The translations under genes and the position numbers were made by a program. This document shows, piece by piece, positions 9,211 through 18,748 of a DNA stretch of 64,000 nt; position 1 is the first letter of the stretch; every line of letters begins with the position of its first letter. Origin of the DNA: Collinsella sp. (GTDB lineage: Bacteria; Actinomycetota; Coriobacteriia; Coriobacteriales; Coriobacteriaceae); the NCBI GenBank assembly GCA_048203815.1, contig DBFBKG010000145.1, positions 2,220 to 66,219 on the forward strand. Direction: 5' to 3'. Under the pieces are notes generated by a model. That model was given only the letters and a program-made list of their open reading frames with translations, ran no database searches and had not been told where the DNA came from.

Positions 9211-10566
9211 TTAATTCCAAGACTGTTGATGCTCTTCGTAGGTTTGCGAGAAGTACTCCTCGTCCTGCGTAATGTAGAAATACAGGTCATCGGAGTCGGT
9301 CGGCTCAAGGGTAGCCTTGAGCGCCTCGAGCGACGGAGAGCAGATGGGCGTGGGCGGCAGGCCCTCATGCTTATAGGTGTTATACGGGCTATCGCTCTGC
9401 AGGTCGTCGGCGGTAACCTCGCCGCCGGTGACATACATCATGGTCGCATCGCTGTTGAGGTAACGCAGGCCATCGAGCTTGCCCGCCAGACGGTTATAGA
9501 AAACCGATGCCACATGCGCGCGCTGATCGGCGTTGAGGCCCTCGCGCTCGACAATCGAGGCAAGGTTAACGATGTCGTAATCGGACATCTCCACGCCATA
9601 GCGCTCCTTGATCTTGGCCTCGCAGCTGGCAAAGTCAAGCGACTTATACTCGGCGTTGAACTGGTCAAGCATAGCGCGAATCACATCATCGGCGCTTGGG
9701 TCCTTACCCAGCGAATACGTCTTGGGGAATAGGAAGCCCTCGAGCGAATCGTTCGCGGCGTCTTTAAGGAAAGCGTAATCATTCACATAATTGCTCGCCT
9801 TAGCCCGGTTAAGGAAGTCTTCCTTAGAAATGCTGTCGTACGCCTTGGCCACGCGGTCGGCGACCTGATCGACCGTCAGGCCCTCAGGAATCGTGAGCGC
9901 ATCGGAGCCGGCGTTGGGACCTTCCATAAGCTGCTGGACGACCTTCGTGGCGTCCATAAGCGTGGTAAACGAATACTTACCCGGCTTAAGCGACATATCG
10001 GCGTTGAGCTTTTTGACCGCCGCATAATAATCCTTGGGATCTTCGACGATATGGTTCTCGGAGAGAATCGAAGCGATGGTATCACCCGAAGCACCATCGG
10101 GAATCGTGATAGTAACTTGCTGGCCAGCAGCGACTTTCGCATCCTCACCGCCAAAGAAGCCCTTGACGGCCGGCACGACAAAGAAAACGATCGCGACAAG
10201 CGCAAGCACGGCGACGACGCCACCGATAATCATAGGCACCGGGGAGCTTTTCTTTTGGGCACCACGGCGGGCGTGCGTGTTATAGCTCGAGCGCGTGGCC
10301 GGAGCAACGCCGTGCGAGCCATGAGCATGATGTGCGTAGGAGCGTGATTGCGGGGCCTGCCCCTGCGTGCGCTGGGCAGGAGCCTGCTGCTTAAAACGAG
10401 CGCCGCCAGCGGGCTGCGCGGGACGAGCGGCGAGCTGTTGAGCAGCACGCTGAGTAGGCCGAGCCGAACGCTGCGTCGGCTGCGCCGAGCGCTGGCCAGG
10501 CTGAGCAGGGCGCGGCACGGGCTGCCGTGTACGATTCTGCTGGCGCGGATCGGAAGCGCTAGGCAT
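9211..10566 (-). CDS. mltG: Endolytic transglycosylase MltG
   Basis: Disordered N-terminus and one TM, TIPEG, LEGFLFPKTY, LASIVERE, SPYNTY, GLPPTPI. Confidence 0.95.
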   Translation of the reverse strand: MPSASDPRQQNRTRQPVPRPAQPGQRSAQPTQRSARPTQRAAQQLAARPAQPAGGARFKQQAPAQRTQGQAPQSRSYAHHAHGSHGVAPATRSSYNTHARRGAQKKSSPVPMIIGGVVAVLALVAIVFFVVPAVKGFFGGEDAKVAAGQQVTITIPDGASGDTIASILSENHIVEDPKDYYAAVKKLNADMSLKPGKYSFTTLMDATKVVQQLMEGPNAGSDALTIPEGLTVDQVADRVAKAYDSISKEDFLNRAKASNYVNDYAFLKDAANDSLEGFLFPKTYSLGKDPSADDVIRAMLDQFNAEYKSLDFASCEAKIKERYGVEMSDYDIVNLASIVEREGLNADQRAHVASVFYNRLAGKLDGLRYLNSDATMMYVTGGEVTADDLQSDSPYNTYKHEGLPPTPICSPSLEALKATLEPTDSDDLYFYITQDEEYFSQTYEEHQQSWN

Positions 10567-10987
10567 GCGAAACCTCCTCGTTTTTACGATCGAGCCATGT
10601 CTGCAAGAACAGGCTGGCGGCGATCATGTCAATCTTGCCCCTCATCTGCTTTTCGTTGAGTCCCTGCTCGCGCAGGATTCGCTTGGCCTCCTGCGAGGAC
10701 AGACGCTCGTCCTCAAACTCCAGCGGAAGGTCGAGCTCGTCGGCAATCTTTTGGGCCACGGCGGCGACGCGCTCGGCCTGGGGGCCGGGTTCACCGGCCA
10801 TGGTCAAAGGACGTCCGCTTACCAGGATATCGGGCTCATAGTCCTCGACCAGGTAGCGAAACGTCTTTGCCATACCGGTGACCTCGGCAGCCGGAAGCAC
10901 CTTGACAGGCATTGCCATCTTGCCATCACGACTCGAGACGGCAATGCCAATCCTGGTCTCCCCTATGTCCAGTGCGAGCGCGACCAC
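10559..10987 (-). CDS. ruvX: Holliday junction resolvase-like RuvX/YqgF
   Basis: LALDIGETRIGIAVS, DERLSS, IDMIAA; alaS-ruvX-mltG synteny. Confidence 0.95.
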   Translation of the reverse strand: MVALALDIGETRIGIAVSSRDGKMAMPVKVLPAAEVTGMAKTFRYLVEDYEPDILVSGRPLTMAGEPGPQAERVAAVAQKIADELDLPLEFEDERLSSQEAKRILREQGLNEKQMRGKIDMIAASLFLQTWLDRKNEEVSHA

Positions 10988-11004
10988 AGCGACTACTTAG
11001 GTTC

Positions 11005-13662
11005 TTAGGCGCCGAGCGCGGTCTTGGCGGCCGCGAGGGCATCGGCGATACCGGCGGCGTTCTTGCCACCGGCCTGGGCCATGTTGGGACGACCGCCACC
11101 GCGACCGTCGACCAGGCCCGCAATCTGCTTGATCACGTTACCGGCGTGGAAACCGGCCTTCACGGCGTCATCGGAGCCGGCAGCGAGCAGAGCCGGGGTG
11201 CCCTTCTCGGTCACGCTGGCAACGACGCAGGCGACGGGGCCGGCGACCTTCTGGTGCACGGTATCCCAAACGTTGCGCAGGTCGGCAGCCTCAAGGCCCT
11301 GGAGCTCAGCGACGACGAGCTTGTAGCCGTTCAGCTCGACAGCGCCGTCGATGGCGCTGGAGATCGCATCGGAGGAGCCACCGGTGAGCGCCTTCTTGAG
11401 CTTGCCGGAAGTCTCGCGCAGCTCGGCCTGCAGGTTCTCCACGCGGGCGGGAACCTCGTCGACACGGCACTTGAGCGCAGCGGCGGCGGCGTCGACGAGC
11501 GCCAGACGGTCGGCCATGTAGTCGAGAGCGCCCTTGGAGGTCACGGCCTCGATACGGCGGACATTCGAGCCCGTGGAGGACTCGGAGATGATCTTGAACA
11601 GACCGATCTCGGCGGTGTTGGCGGCATGCGTGCCACCGCAGAGCTCGCGGGAGAACGGCTGGTCCTCGGCGCCTACGGAGACGACGCGGACGACGTCGCC
11701 GTACTTCTCGCCAAAGAGGGCGACAGCACCGGCGGCCTTGGCCTCGTCGATGCCCATGACGCGGGTCACGACCGGCTTGGAAGCGAAGATCTGCTGGTTG
11801 ACCAGGTCCTCGACAGCCTTGAGCTGCTCGGAGGACAGGGCCTCGAAGTGCGTAAAGTCAAAGCGAAGGTGCTCGGGCGTCACCAGCGAGCCGGCCTGGG
11901 AGACGTGCTCGCCCAGGACCTGCTTAAGGGCGGCGTCGAGCAGGTGCGTGGCGGTGTGGTTGCGGCGCAGGAAGCCACGGCGCTCGGCGTCGAGCGCGGC
12001 GGTAACAGCGGCACCGACAGTCAGCGTGCCATCGGCAACGTGCGCGACGTGGGCATACAGGCCGTTGTGGTTCTTGGTGTCGGCAACGGTCAGAACAACG
12101 CCCTCGGCGGAAAGCTCGCCGGCATCACCCTGCTGACCACCCATCTCGGCATAGAACGGGGTGCGGTCGAGCACAACCTCGACGTCCTCGCCGGCGGCAG
12201 CGGACTCGACGGACTCGCCGTTGCGCACGATGGCGACAACCTTGGCGCCCTCGATCACATCGTTGTCATAGCCGTCGAACTCGGTCGCGGAGACCTTGTC
12301 GGAAAGCTCGACCCACACGTCGTTGAAGCTGCCCCAGGCGTCGCCCTTGGCATTGGCGCGGGCGCGGGCCTTCTGGTCCTCCATGCAGGCAGTGAAGCCG
12401 TCCATATCGACGTCGTGACCAGCGGTGCCGGCGATCTCGACGGTCAGATCGATGGGGAAACCAAAGGTGTCGTGCAGCTTAAAGGCGACATCGCCCGGAA
12501 GCACGGCGCCCTCGGAAAGCGCTGCCAGAGCCTCGTCCAGATAGACGCGGCCGTTGTCGAGCGTCGTGGAGAAGCGCTCCTCCTCGGAGGCGACGATACC
12601 CTTGACGAGGGCGACGTTCTTGAGCAGCTCGGGATAAGCCTCTCCCATCTGAGCATTGACCTCGTCGATGAACTTGGTCAGGAAGGCACCCTCGATGCCC
12701 AGCAGGCGACCGTGGAACACGGCACGGCGGAGCAGACGGCGAAGGACGTACTCGCGGCCCTCGTTGCCGGGCAGGATGCCGTCCGAGATCATAAAGTCGA
12801 CGGCACGGGAGTGATCGGCGATAATGCGCAGCGAGCGGCTGGCACCGGAGTAATCGTCGGCGTCATAGGTCTTGCCGCTGATCTCCTCACCGAGCTTGAT
12901 GAGATGCTGCATCAGATCGCCGTCGTAGTTAGCGGTCTTGTGCTGCATGATAGCGGCCATGCGCTCCAGACCCATGCCCGTATCGAGGTTGCGGTGCGGC
13001 AGCTCCGGCATGGAGCCGTCCTCCTGGCGGTCGTACTGGGTAAACACGAGGTTCCAGAACTCAAGGAAGCGGTCGCAGTCGCAGCCGGGCTTGCAGTCGG
13101 GGCTGCCGCAACCGACCTCCTCGCCCATGTCAAAGTATATCTCGGAGCACGGACCGCAGGGGCCGGTGGGGCCAGCGGCCCAGAAGTTGTCGTCCTCGCC
13201 CAGACGCGAGATGTGGTCCTCGGCAACGCCCAGGGAGCGCCACACGTCATGGGTCTCGTCGTCCTCGGTAAAGACAGTGAAGTACAGGCGGTCGAGCGGC
13301 AGCTTGAACTCCTTGGTGATGAGCTCAAAGGCCCAAGCGCAGGCCTGCTGCTTGGAGACGCCGCCAAAGGAGAAGTCGCCGAGCATCTCAAAGAAGGACA
13401 GGTGACGGCCGTCCTCGCCGATGCAGTCGATGTCGTTGGTGCGGACGCACTTCTGGCAGGAGATCGCGCCGATCTCCTTCATGGTCTTCTTGCCCTGGTA
13501 GTACTCCTTAAACTGGTTCATGCCGGCGTTGGCAAGCAGCAGCGAAGGGTCGTCGGGGACGAGGGACGAAGAAGGATAGAGCTTAAGACCGCGCTCCTCA
13601 AAGAAGTTGAGGAACTTGGAGCGAATCTCGGCCGTAGTCATTGACGGGTAGTCAGCACTCAT
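11005..13662 (-). CDS. alaS: Alanine--tRNA ligase
   Basis: NAGMNQFK, GPCGPCSEI, DTGMGLER, HTATHLL, ELCGGTH, GGGRP; start after a GAGGAG SD. Confidence 0.98.
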   Translation of the reverse strand: MSADYPSMTTAEIRSKFLNFFEERGLKLYPSSSLVPDDPSLLLANAGMNQFKEYYQGKKTMKEIGAISCQKCVRTNDIDCIGEDGRHLSFFEMLGDFSFGGVSKQQACAWAFELITKEFKLPLDRLYFTVFTEDDETHDVWRSLGVAEDHISRLGEDDNFWAAGPTGPCGPCSEIYFDMGEEVGCGSPDCKPGCDCDRFLEFWNLVFTQYDRQEDGSMPELPHRNLDTGMGLERMAAIMQHKTANYDGDLMQHLIKLGEEISGKTYDADDYSGASRSLRIIADHSRAVDFMISDGILPGNEGREYVLRRLLRRAVFHGRLLGIEGAFLTKFIDEVNAQMGEAYPELLKNVALVKGIVASEEERFSTTLDNGRVYLDEALAALSEGAVLPGDVAFKLHDTFGFPIDLTVEIAGTAGHDVDMDGFTACMEDQKARARANAKGDAWGSFNDVWVELSDKVSATEFDGYDNDVIEGAKVVAIVRNGESVESAAAGEDVEVVLDRTPFYAEMGGQQGDAGELSAEGVVLTVADTKNHNGLYAHVAHVADGTLTVGAAVTAALDAERRGFLRRNHTATHLLDAALKQVLGEHVSQAGSLVTPEHLRFDFTHFEALSSEQLKAVEDLVNQQIFASKPVVTRVMGIDEAKAAGAVALFGEKYGDVVRVVSVGAEDQPFSRELCGGTHAANTAEIGLFKIISESSTGSNVRRIEAVTSKGALDYMADRLALVDAAAAALKCRVDEVPARVENLQAELRETSGKLKKALTGGSSDAISSAIDGAVELNGYKLVVAELQGLEAADLRNVWDTVHQKVAGPVACVVASVTEKGTPALLAAGSDDAVKAGFHAGNVIKQIAGLVDGRGGGRPNMAQAGGKNAAGIADALAAAKTALGA

Positions 13663-13734
13663 AGAGGGAATCTCCTCGGTTTCACATCGAAACAGTTCAA
13701 ACGTAACGATATTACCATCCCGCCGCGCCTGTGC

Positions 13735-13764
13735 AAAAAAGAGGGTCGCCAAACAGCGACCCTC
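13735..13764 (-). terminator. Intrinsic terminator for the minus-strand sigma/AI-2E operon
   Basis: Perfect 9-bp stem GAGGGTCGC/GCGACCCTC followed by T6 on the minus strand. Confidence 0.8.
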
Positions 13765-13856
13765 CAGCGAAAGTGCACGTTATTTAGTACTGCGCGATCC
13801 TTTGAAAAAGGACTGCTGTATAATTGCATATAAGATTCACCCGGAAGGAGCGATCG

Positions 13857-14105
13857 ATGAAAAGCAAACGATTTGTCCTGAATGCACTTCTGGTTGTAGC
13901 ACTTTTAGCACTTTTAGCGCTCTTAGCCTTCTCATGCTGGTACGCAAACCAACCATCATTTGGATACGTATTGTATACAGTAATGTCCGGCGATAAGGCT
14001 TATTACACTCTACGCGCAATTGACGTTCTCTTTTTCTATGTAGCCGGCCCCTTATCAATCGCTTTGGTCGCGTTTCTTGTCATTTACAACTTCAAGAAAC
14101 GTTAA
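13857..14105 (+). CDS. Small AT-rich orphan membrane protein (82 aa, two predicted TM helices)
   Basis: TATAAT at 13819-13824, GAAGGAG SD at 13844-13850, two hydrophobic stretches with basic termini; about 42% GC by hand count over 13861-14100. Confidence 0.75.
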   Translation: MKSKRFVLNALLVVALLALLALLAFSCWYANQPSFGYVLYTVMSGDKAYYTLRAIDVLFFYVAGPLSIALVAFLVIYNFKKR

Positions 14106-14111
14106 TAGAAC

Positions 14112-15524
14112 CTATTTAGAATCCGAATCGTCCATGGAGCCGTCGATGCCGGTATTGGTATCGTCGTCCGAGTTGGAGTCATCGTCCTTGGCAAAGGGGT
14201 TCTTGAAGAAGCCCGTGGCATCGGGTTGCAAACCCGAGAGCTTGATCCAGGGATTATCGAGCTCGGGCTTGGGCATGGCCTTGGCCTCGGGCGCAGTCTC
14301 GTTGCCGATGAGCTCGGACTCGTAGATGAAAGTGTCGTCGCCGAGCGCGTCGTAGGCGGCGACCGGATTGCCATCGGCATCGCGGTACGGTGTGCCCTTA
14401 AACACGGCGCCGTCATAGGCCACAAGCTGGCGGCCGGTCTCATTCTCAAAATAGTACACGAAGATACCCTTGAGGGCCGCACACAGCGGGATGGCAATAA
14501 TCATGCCGATGGGACCCATGAGTGCCGAGCCAATAACGAGCGCCGTGAGGCTCATGATGGGATGCACCTGCACCGAGCTCTGCATGACCTTAGGCGAAAT
14601 CACGTTATCGGTGACGTTTTGGGCCACCATCGTCACGATGAGCGTCCATAACGCCAACATGGGACTGAACATGAAACCGAGCACCGTGGCGATTGCTGCG
14701 CTCACCCAAGGACCGACGACCGGAACCAAATGCATGATGCCAGTGAAGATAGCCATGAGCGCCGCATACGGATGGCCGATGATCAGGAAGCCGATAAAGG
14801 CGAGGAAACCACCGCAGATGGACGTCACGACCATACCGCGCATGTAGCCGCCGACAGAGCGAGAAAGGATGGCGACCATAAAGCGGTACGAGGTCTCCTT
14901 CTCCTGACCGATGATGGTGCAAATCTCGTGGTGCATGCGAGGGTAGTCGCAGGCCATCCAGTAGGCAAGCACCAGACCAAGGAAGATCACGAACAACTGC
15001 GAGGCCGTATTGGTGATGAGCGGGAACACACCGCGGCCAAGCTCGGCAGCGATCTGAGACACATACTTCGATGCCACGGTAACCAGCGACGAAAGATTAT
15101 CGTCCAAATACTCCTTGAGCGGCGTGTTATTGAGCGTCTTGGCATGCGAGATCATCTCATTGAGATCGCCACCCGCAACACGAAGCTGCTCGGGCAGGCG
15201 GCTCAGGACTTCCATGATCTGACCAAAGAGAATCGGCGACAAGATGCAAACGACACCGACGAGCACGGCAACAACAACAATAAGCGCGATAAGCGAACCG
15301 ACGCCGCGATTCACACCATGGTGCTCGAGCCAGTTGGTGATCGGGGACATCACAAAAGCAATGATGGAGCCGACGGCAAGAAACTCGATAACCGGTGCCA
15401 GGATGCCCATAAGGTTAAAGATGACAGCAGCAATAACAATGCAGCCGACAACAGCCCAAATGCGCAGCGTCAGAATGCGGGTGTCGCGCAGCACGCGATC
15501 GGTTTGTTGGGGGTGCTCACTCAT
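14112..15524 (-). CDS. AI-2E family (PerM/YhhT) transporter
   Basis: Multi-TM; AFVMSPI, VPVVGPW, DNVISPKVM, VHPI, GPIGMIIAIPL. Confidence 0.92.
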   Translation of the reverse strand: MSEHPQQTDRVLRDTRILTLRIWAVVGCIVIAAVIFNLMGILAPVIEFLAVGSIIAFVMSPITNWLEHHGVNRGVGSLIALIVVVAVLVGVVCILSPILFGQIMEVLSRLPEQLRVAGGDLNEMISHAKTLNNTPLKEYLDDNLSSLVTVASKYVSQIAAELGRGVFPLITNTASQLFVIFLGLVLAYWMACDYPRMHHEICTIIGQEKETSYRFMVAILSRSVGGYMRGMVVTSICGGFLAFIGFLIIGHPYAALMAIFTGIMHLVPVVGPWVSAAIATVLGFMFSPMLALWTLIVTMVAQNVTDNVISPKVMQSSVQVHPIMSLTALVIGSALMGPIGMIIAIPLCAALKGIFVYYFENETGRQLVAYDGAVFKGTPYRDADGNPVAAYDALGDDTFIYESELIGNETAPEAKAMPKPELDNPWIKLSGLQPDATGFFKNPFAKDDDSNSDDDTNTGIDGSMDDSDSK

Positions 15525-16312
15525 GAACGAATCATCACTCCGTCGGGGTCGATCTTGTCCTGAATCTTCTTAAGCGTGCGGCGCAGCAGACGCGAAACCT
15601 GCACCTGAGAAATACCCAGCTTCTTGGCGATCTCGATCTGGGTCATGCCCTTCACAAAGCGCAGCTCGATCACCTCGCGCTCGCGCGGCGAGAAATCACG
15701 GATGGCTTCCTCGATCACTAGGCGGTCATCGGTAAAGTCGAGCTCGTTGTCGTCGTCGGCGTAACGGTCGAGAATCGAGGGGGCATCGTCGGAATCGGAC
15801 GCACCAGGAGCCTCAATGGGCACCGAGGTATAGGCCGAAGACGATTCCATGGCCTCCAGCACCTCATCGACAGTCACATCTAGATACTCAGCGATCTCCT
15901 CAACCTTGGGCGAACGCTGAAGCTCGTTGGTAAGTTTGTCAGTAGCCTGGTTGACCTTGGCCGAGAGCTCCTGCAGACGACGCGGTACGCGCACACTCCA
16001 GCCCTTGTCGCGAAAATGGCGTTTGATCTCGCCCAGGATAGTGGGTGTCGCAAACGTCGTGAACTCGAGTCCGCGCTCGGGATCAAAACGGTCGATAGCC
16101 TTGAGCAAGCCCAGATAGCCGACCTGCATGAGGTCGTCGAGCGGCTCGCCGCGATTCTTAAATTTGTTGGCAAGAAACCTTACCAGGTTCATATGGGACA
16201 TGACGAGCTGCTCACGGGCGTCCGGATCACCGGTCTCCTTGTAACGACGAAACAGCTCGCGGGTTTTCTCCTTGTCCCAAGCGGTCTTGCCGCTCCGGGA
16301 ACGTTCGGTCAT
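15521..16312 (-). CDS. SigB/SigF/SigG-family RNA polymerase sigma factor
   Basis: DDLMQVGYLGLLKAIDRFDP, FATPTILGEIKRHFRD, VRVPRRL, TQIEIAKKLGISQVQVSRLL. Confidence 0.95.
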   Translation of the reverse strand: MTERSRSGKTAWDKEKTRELFRRYKETGDPDAREQLVMSHMNLVRFLANKFKNRGEPLDDLMQVGYLGLLKAIDRFDPERGLEFTTFATPTILGEIKRHFRDKGWSVRVPRRLQELSAKVNQATDKLTNELQRSPKVEEIAEYLDVTVDEVLEAMESSSAYTSVPIEAPGASDSDDAPSILDRYADDDNELDFTDDRLVIEEAIRDFSPREREVIELRFVKGMTQIEIAKKLGISQVQVSRLLRRTLKKIQDKIDPDGVMIRS

Positions 16313-16313
16313 A

Positions 16314-16691
16314 TTAGATATCCGCCTTGAGGTCGAGGGAAAGCGTCAGGGGCGCCGTAGTCTTTTCGTAGGAGTCGCACACGCTCGCGAGGATGAGCTC
16401 GGCATACACCGCAGCCTGGTCGTCTTCATCGACCGTAGCCTGGTCGCCAAAGGTAATAGTCATGCCAACGTGGGTCTCATCGACATCGAATTTGATGGTG
16501 ATGTCATCGCAGTCGACCGCGGTGCAACCAAAGATGAAAGCCTCCTCAGCAGCCATGCGGATGTCCTCGATGCGATCGACAGACATAGAGCACAGGGCAC
16601 CAACGTTGGCTGCCGTCATGCGCACAAGGCGAGCGAGACGCGGGTCACCGGCAACGGTCAGCGTGATAGGGCAGGTTGCTTCGCTACTCAT
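16314..16691 (-). CDS. RsbW/UsfX-like anti-sigma factor (degenerate HATPase_c)
   Basis: RLVRMTAA...IEDIRMAAEEA motif; directly upstream of the sigma gene; GAGGAG SD before ATG 16691. Confidence 0.8.
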   Translation of the reverse strand: MSSEATCPITLTVAGDPRLARLVRMTAANVGALCSMSVDRIEDIRMAAEEAFIFGCTAVDCDDITIKFDVDETHVGMTITFGDQATVDEDDQAAVYAELILASVCDSYEKTTAPLTLSLDLKADI

Positions 16692-17292
16692 CGCAGGACT
16701 CCTCAGAGGTCTCGGCGGGCGTATAGGTGTAATACTGAGCCGGCTTGGATACAGACTTCTGACCATCATCGTCGCCCGCGGCGGCCTCGTCCTCGCCAAT
16801 TAGGACGCGCTCGGTAGGCTGATCGGCCTCCGCAGCGGCAGCGGCGAGCTTGCGATCTGCGTCGGCTGCAGGAGCCTTCACGTCGGCTGCAGGAGCCTTC
16901 ACCTTATTGAAGAGCTTCTGCACAGCACCGGCGGCAGAGTCGGTCACGCTCGACACAGCATTGCTGGCCTCGGCCATGCTGCCCGTAACCTCGGAAATGT
17001 CGCGAACCACGGCTTCGACCTCTACGAGATTGGAGGTAAGGGCATCGACCGCGGTCTTGCTCGACTTAAGCAGCGGCTCCATCTGGGCAAGCGCCGGCGT
17101 AAGCTCATCGACAGCGCCATCGAGCTTTGCCACCACAGGCTGAGCCTCGGCGATGGTGTTGTTGAGGTCGTTCACGGTCTTATCGAGCGAGTCGACAACA
17201 TTGCGGGTCTTGCGCAGGGTAAGCGCGAGCTCAGCGATGGCCCACACGCCGGCAACGGCGAGCAACAGCAGGGCGATTTGAATGGGACTCAT
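16684..17292 (-). CDS. DUF948-like membrane-anchored coiled-coil protein
   Basis: N-terminal TM followed by heptad-like helical repeats (LRKTRNVVDSLDKTVNDL...). Confidence 0.7.
   Translation of the reverse strand: MSPIQIALLLLAVAGVWAIAELALTLRKTRNVVDSLDKTVNDLNNTIAEAQPVVAKLDGAVDELTPALAQMEPLLKSSKTAVDALTSNLVEVEAVVRDISEVTGSMAEASNAVSSVTDSAAGAVQKLFNKVKAPAADVKAPAADADRKLAAAAAEADQPTERVLIGEDEAAAGDDDGQKSVSKPAQYYTYTPAETSEESCDE
16860..16901. repeat. Perfect 21-bp tandem duplication (VKAPAAD x2)
   Basis: CGTCGGCTGCAGGAGCCTTCA at 16860-16880 and 16881-16901. Confidence 0.95.
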
Positions 17293-17333
17293 ACAAGCCT
17301 CCCGGAAGAATCGAAATACAGACGCTTTTCATG

Positions 17334-17358
17334 GTACCCCAAAGGGGACCGAACATGC
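17334..17358 (-). promoter_or_regulatory. Candidate SigF/SigB-type promoter of the DUF948-anti-sigma-sigma operon
   Basis: Minus strand GCATG-N14-GGGTAC. Confidence 0.4.
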
Positions 17359-17392
17359 CAAGAGCAGCAACGTGGGACAAAATTATCAGCAG

Positions 17393-18748
17393 CTACTTCG
17401 GTGCATTCCCGCTGCGGTCGCGTTCGCTTTGCTCCACGCGCCACTCTTCCCAGCCGCGCCCGGCAGGCTGCCAGAACGCACCGCGCTCCAGCCCCTCGGG
17501 CAAATAGCGCTGATCGACCCAGCCTTCGGGATAATCGTGCGGGTATTTATACACACCGTAGTCGTCGCTGCCTGGGCGATGGCGATCGCGCAGATAACTC
17601 GGTACCTCGCGCAGTCCACTAGAATGGATATCGGCCAGTGCCGCATCAATGGACGCCTCACAGGCATTGGACTTAGGCGCCAAACAAACATAGAGCGCAG
17701 CCTGCGCGAGGTTAATACGGCACTCGGGATAGCCAATGACCTCGGCAGACTTAAACGCGGCATGTGCCACCAAAAGCGCCTGCGGATCGGCGTTGCCGAC
17801 GTCCTCAGAAGCATGAATCATAATGCGACGGGCGATAAACTTAGGATCCTCCCCCGCATCGATCATTCGGGCAAGCCAATAGACGGTGGCATCTGGATCG
17901 CTGCCACGCATGGACTTGATAAACGCACTGATAACGTCGTAGTGCATGTCGCCGTTTTTGTCATACGTAAAGCCGCGACGCGGGTTGGCGATCTTCACGT
18001 CATCCAAGGTGATGGGATAGCGCTCCCCCGCCGCCGGCGCTGGCGTTCCCTCGGTATCGGGACGCGTGACGGCAATCTCGCTCGCAAGCTCGAGCGTCGT
18101 GAGCGCCGAGCGAGCGTCACCCGCTGCCAGCGTGCAGATGGTCTTGACCGCATCCTCATCGGCCGAGAACTTACCGTTCAAGCCCTGCGGTGCCTCAAGT
18201 GCACGTTCAATAAGCGTGGCGATATCCTCATCCTTCAGATGCTCAAGCTCCACGACGCGCCCGCGCGACAACAGTGCCGAGTTGACCTCAAAGTACGGGT
18301 TCTCTGTCGTAGCGCCAATCATAATGACGGTACGGTTCTCAACTGCATGCAGCAGGGCATCCTGCTGCGACTTAGAGAAGCGGTGAATCTCATCGATGAA
18401 TAGAATGGTGCGGCGGTCGTACGTATTCAGGCGCGTCTTGGCCTCATCAATCACACGACGCAGGTCCTTCACGGTACCCGTGACGGCGCTGACCTCAACA
18501 AACTCGCTCTTGGTATGGTTGGCGATAATGTGGGCCAGCGTCGTCTTGCCCGTACCGGCAGGCCCGTACAGAATCACGCTCGAAAGCACGTCGTGCTCGA
18601 TCGCGGCACGCAGCCATGAACCCTTACCGACGGCCTTTTGCTGGCCCACGTACTCGTCGAGCGAATTGGGGCGCATGCGCACCGCAAGCGGCGCATTCTG
18701 AAAGGAACGCTCGCGCGTCGAAGCAGAAAAAAGGTCGTCCATAGCCAT
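17393..18748 (-). CDS. rarA: Replication-associated recombination protein A (RarA/MgsA)
   Basis: PLAVRMRP, GPAGTGKTT, FIDEIHRF, GATTENP, ISAFIKSMRGSD, EDVGNADP, YKYPHD. Confidence 0.96.
   Translation of the reverse strand: MAMDDLFSASTRERSFQNAPLAVRMRPNSLDEYVGQQKAVGKGSWLRAAIEHDVLSSVILYGPAGTGKTTLAHIIANHTKSEFVEVSAVTGTVKDLRRVIDEAKTRLNTYDRRTILFIDEIHRFSKSQQDALLHAVENRTVIMIGATTENPYFEVNSALLSRGRVVELEHLKDEDIATLIERALEAPQGLNGKFSADEDAVKTICTLAAGDARSALTTLELASEIAVTRPDTEGTPAPAAGERYPITLDDVKIANPRRGFTYDKNGDMHYDVISAFIKSMRGSDPDATVYWLARMIDAGEDPKFIARRIMIHASEDVGNADPQALLVAHAAFKSAEVIGYPECRINLAQAALYVCLAPKSNACEASIDAALADIHSSGLREVPSYLRDRHRPGSDDYGVYKYPHDYPEGWVDQRYLPEGLERGAFWQPAGRGWEEWRVEQSERDRSGNAPK

Noticed and set aside
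13663..13764. T-box for alaS
   Set aside because: No Stem I or UGGN bulge; the hairpin lies upstream of the likely promoter and fits a plain terminator
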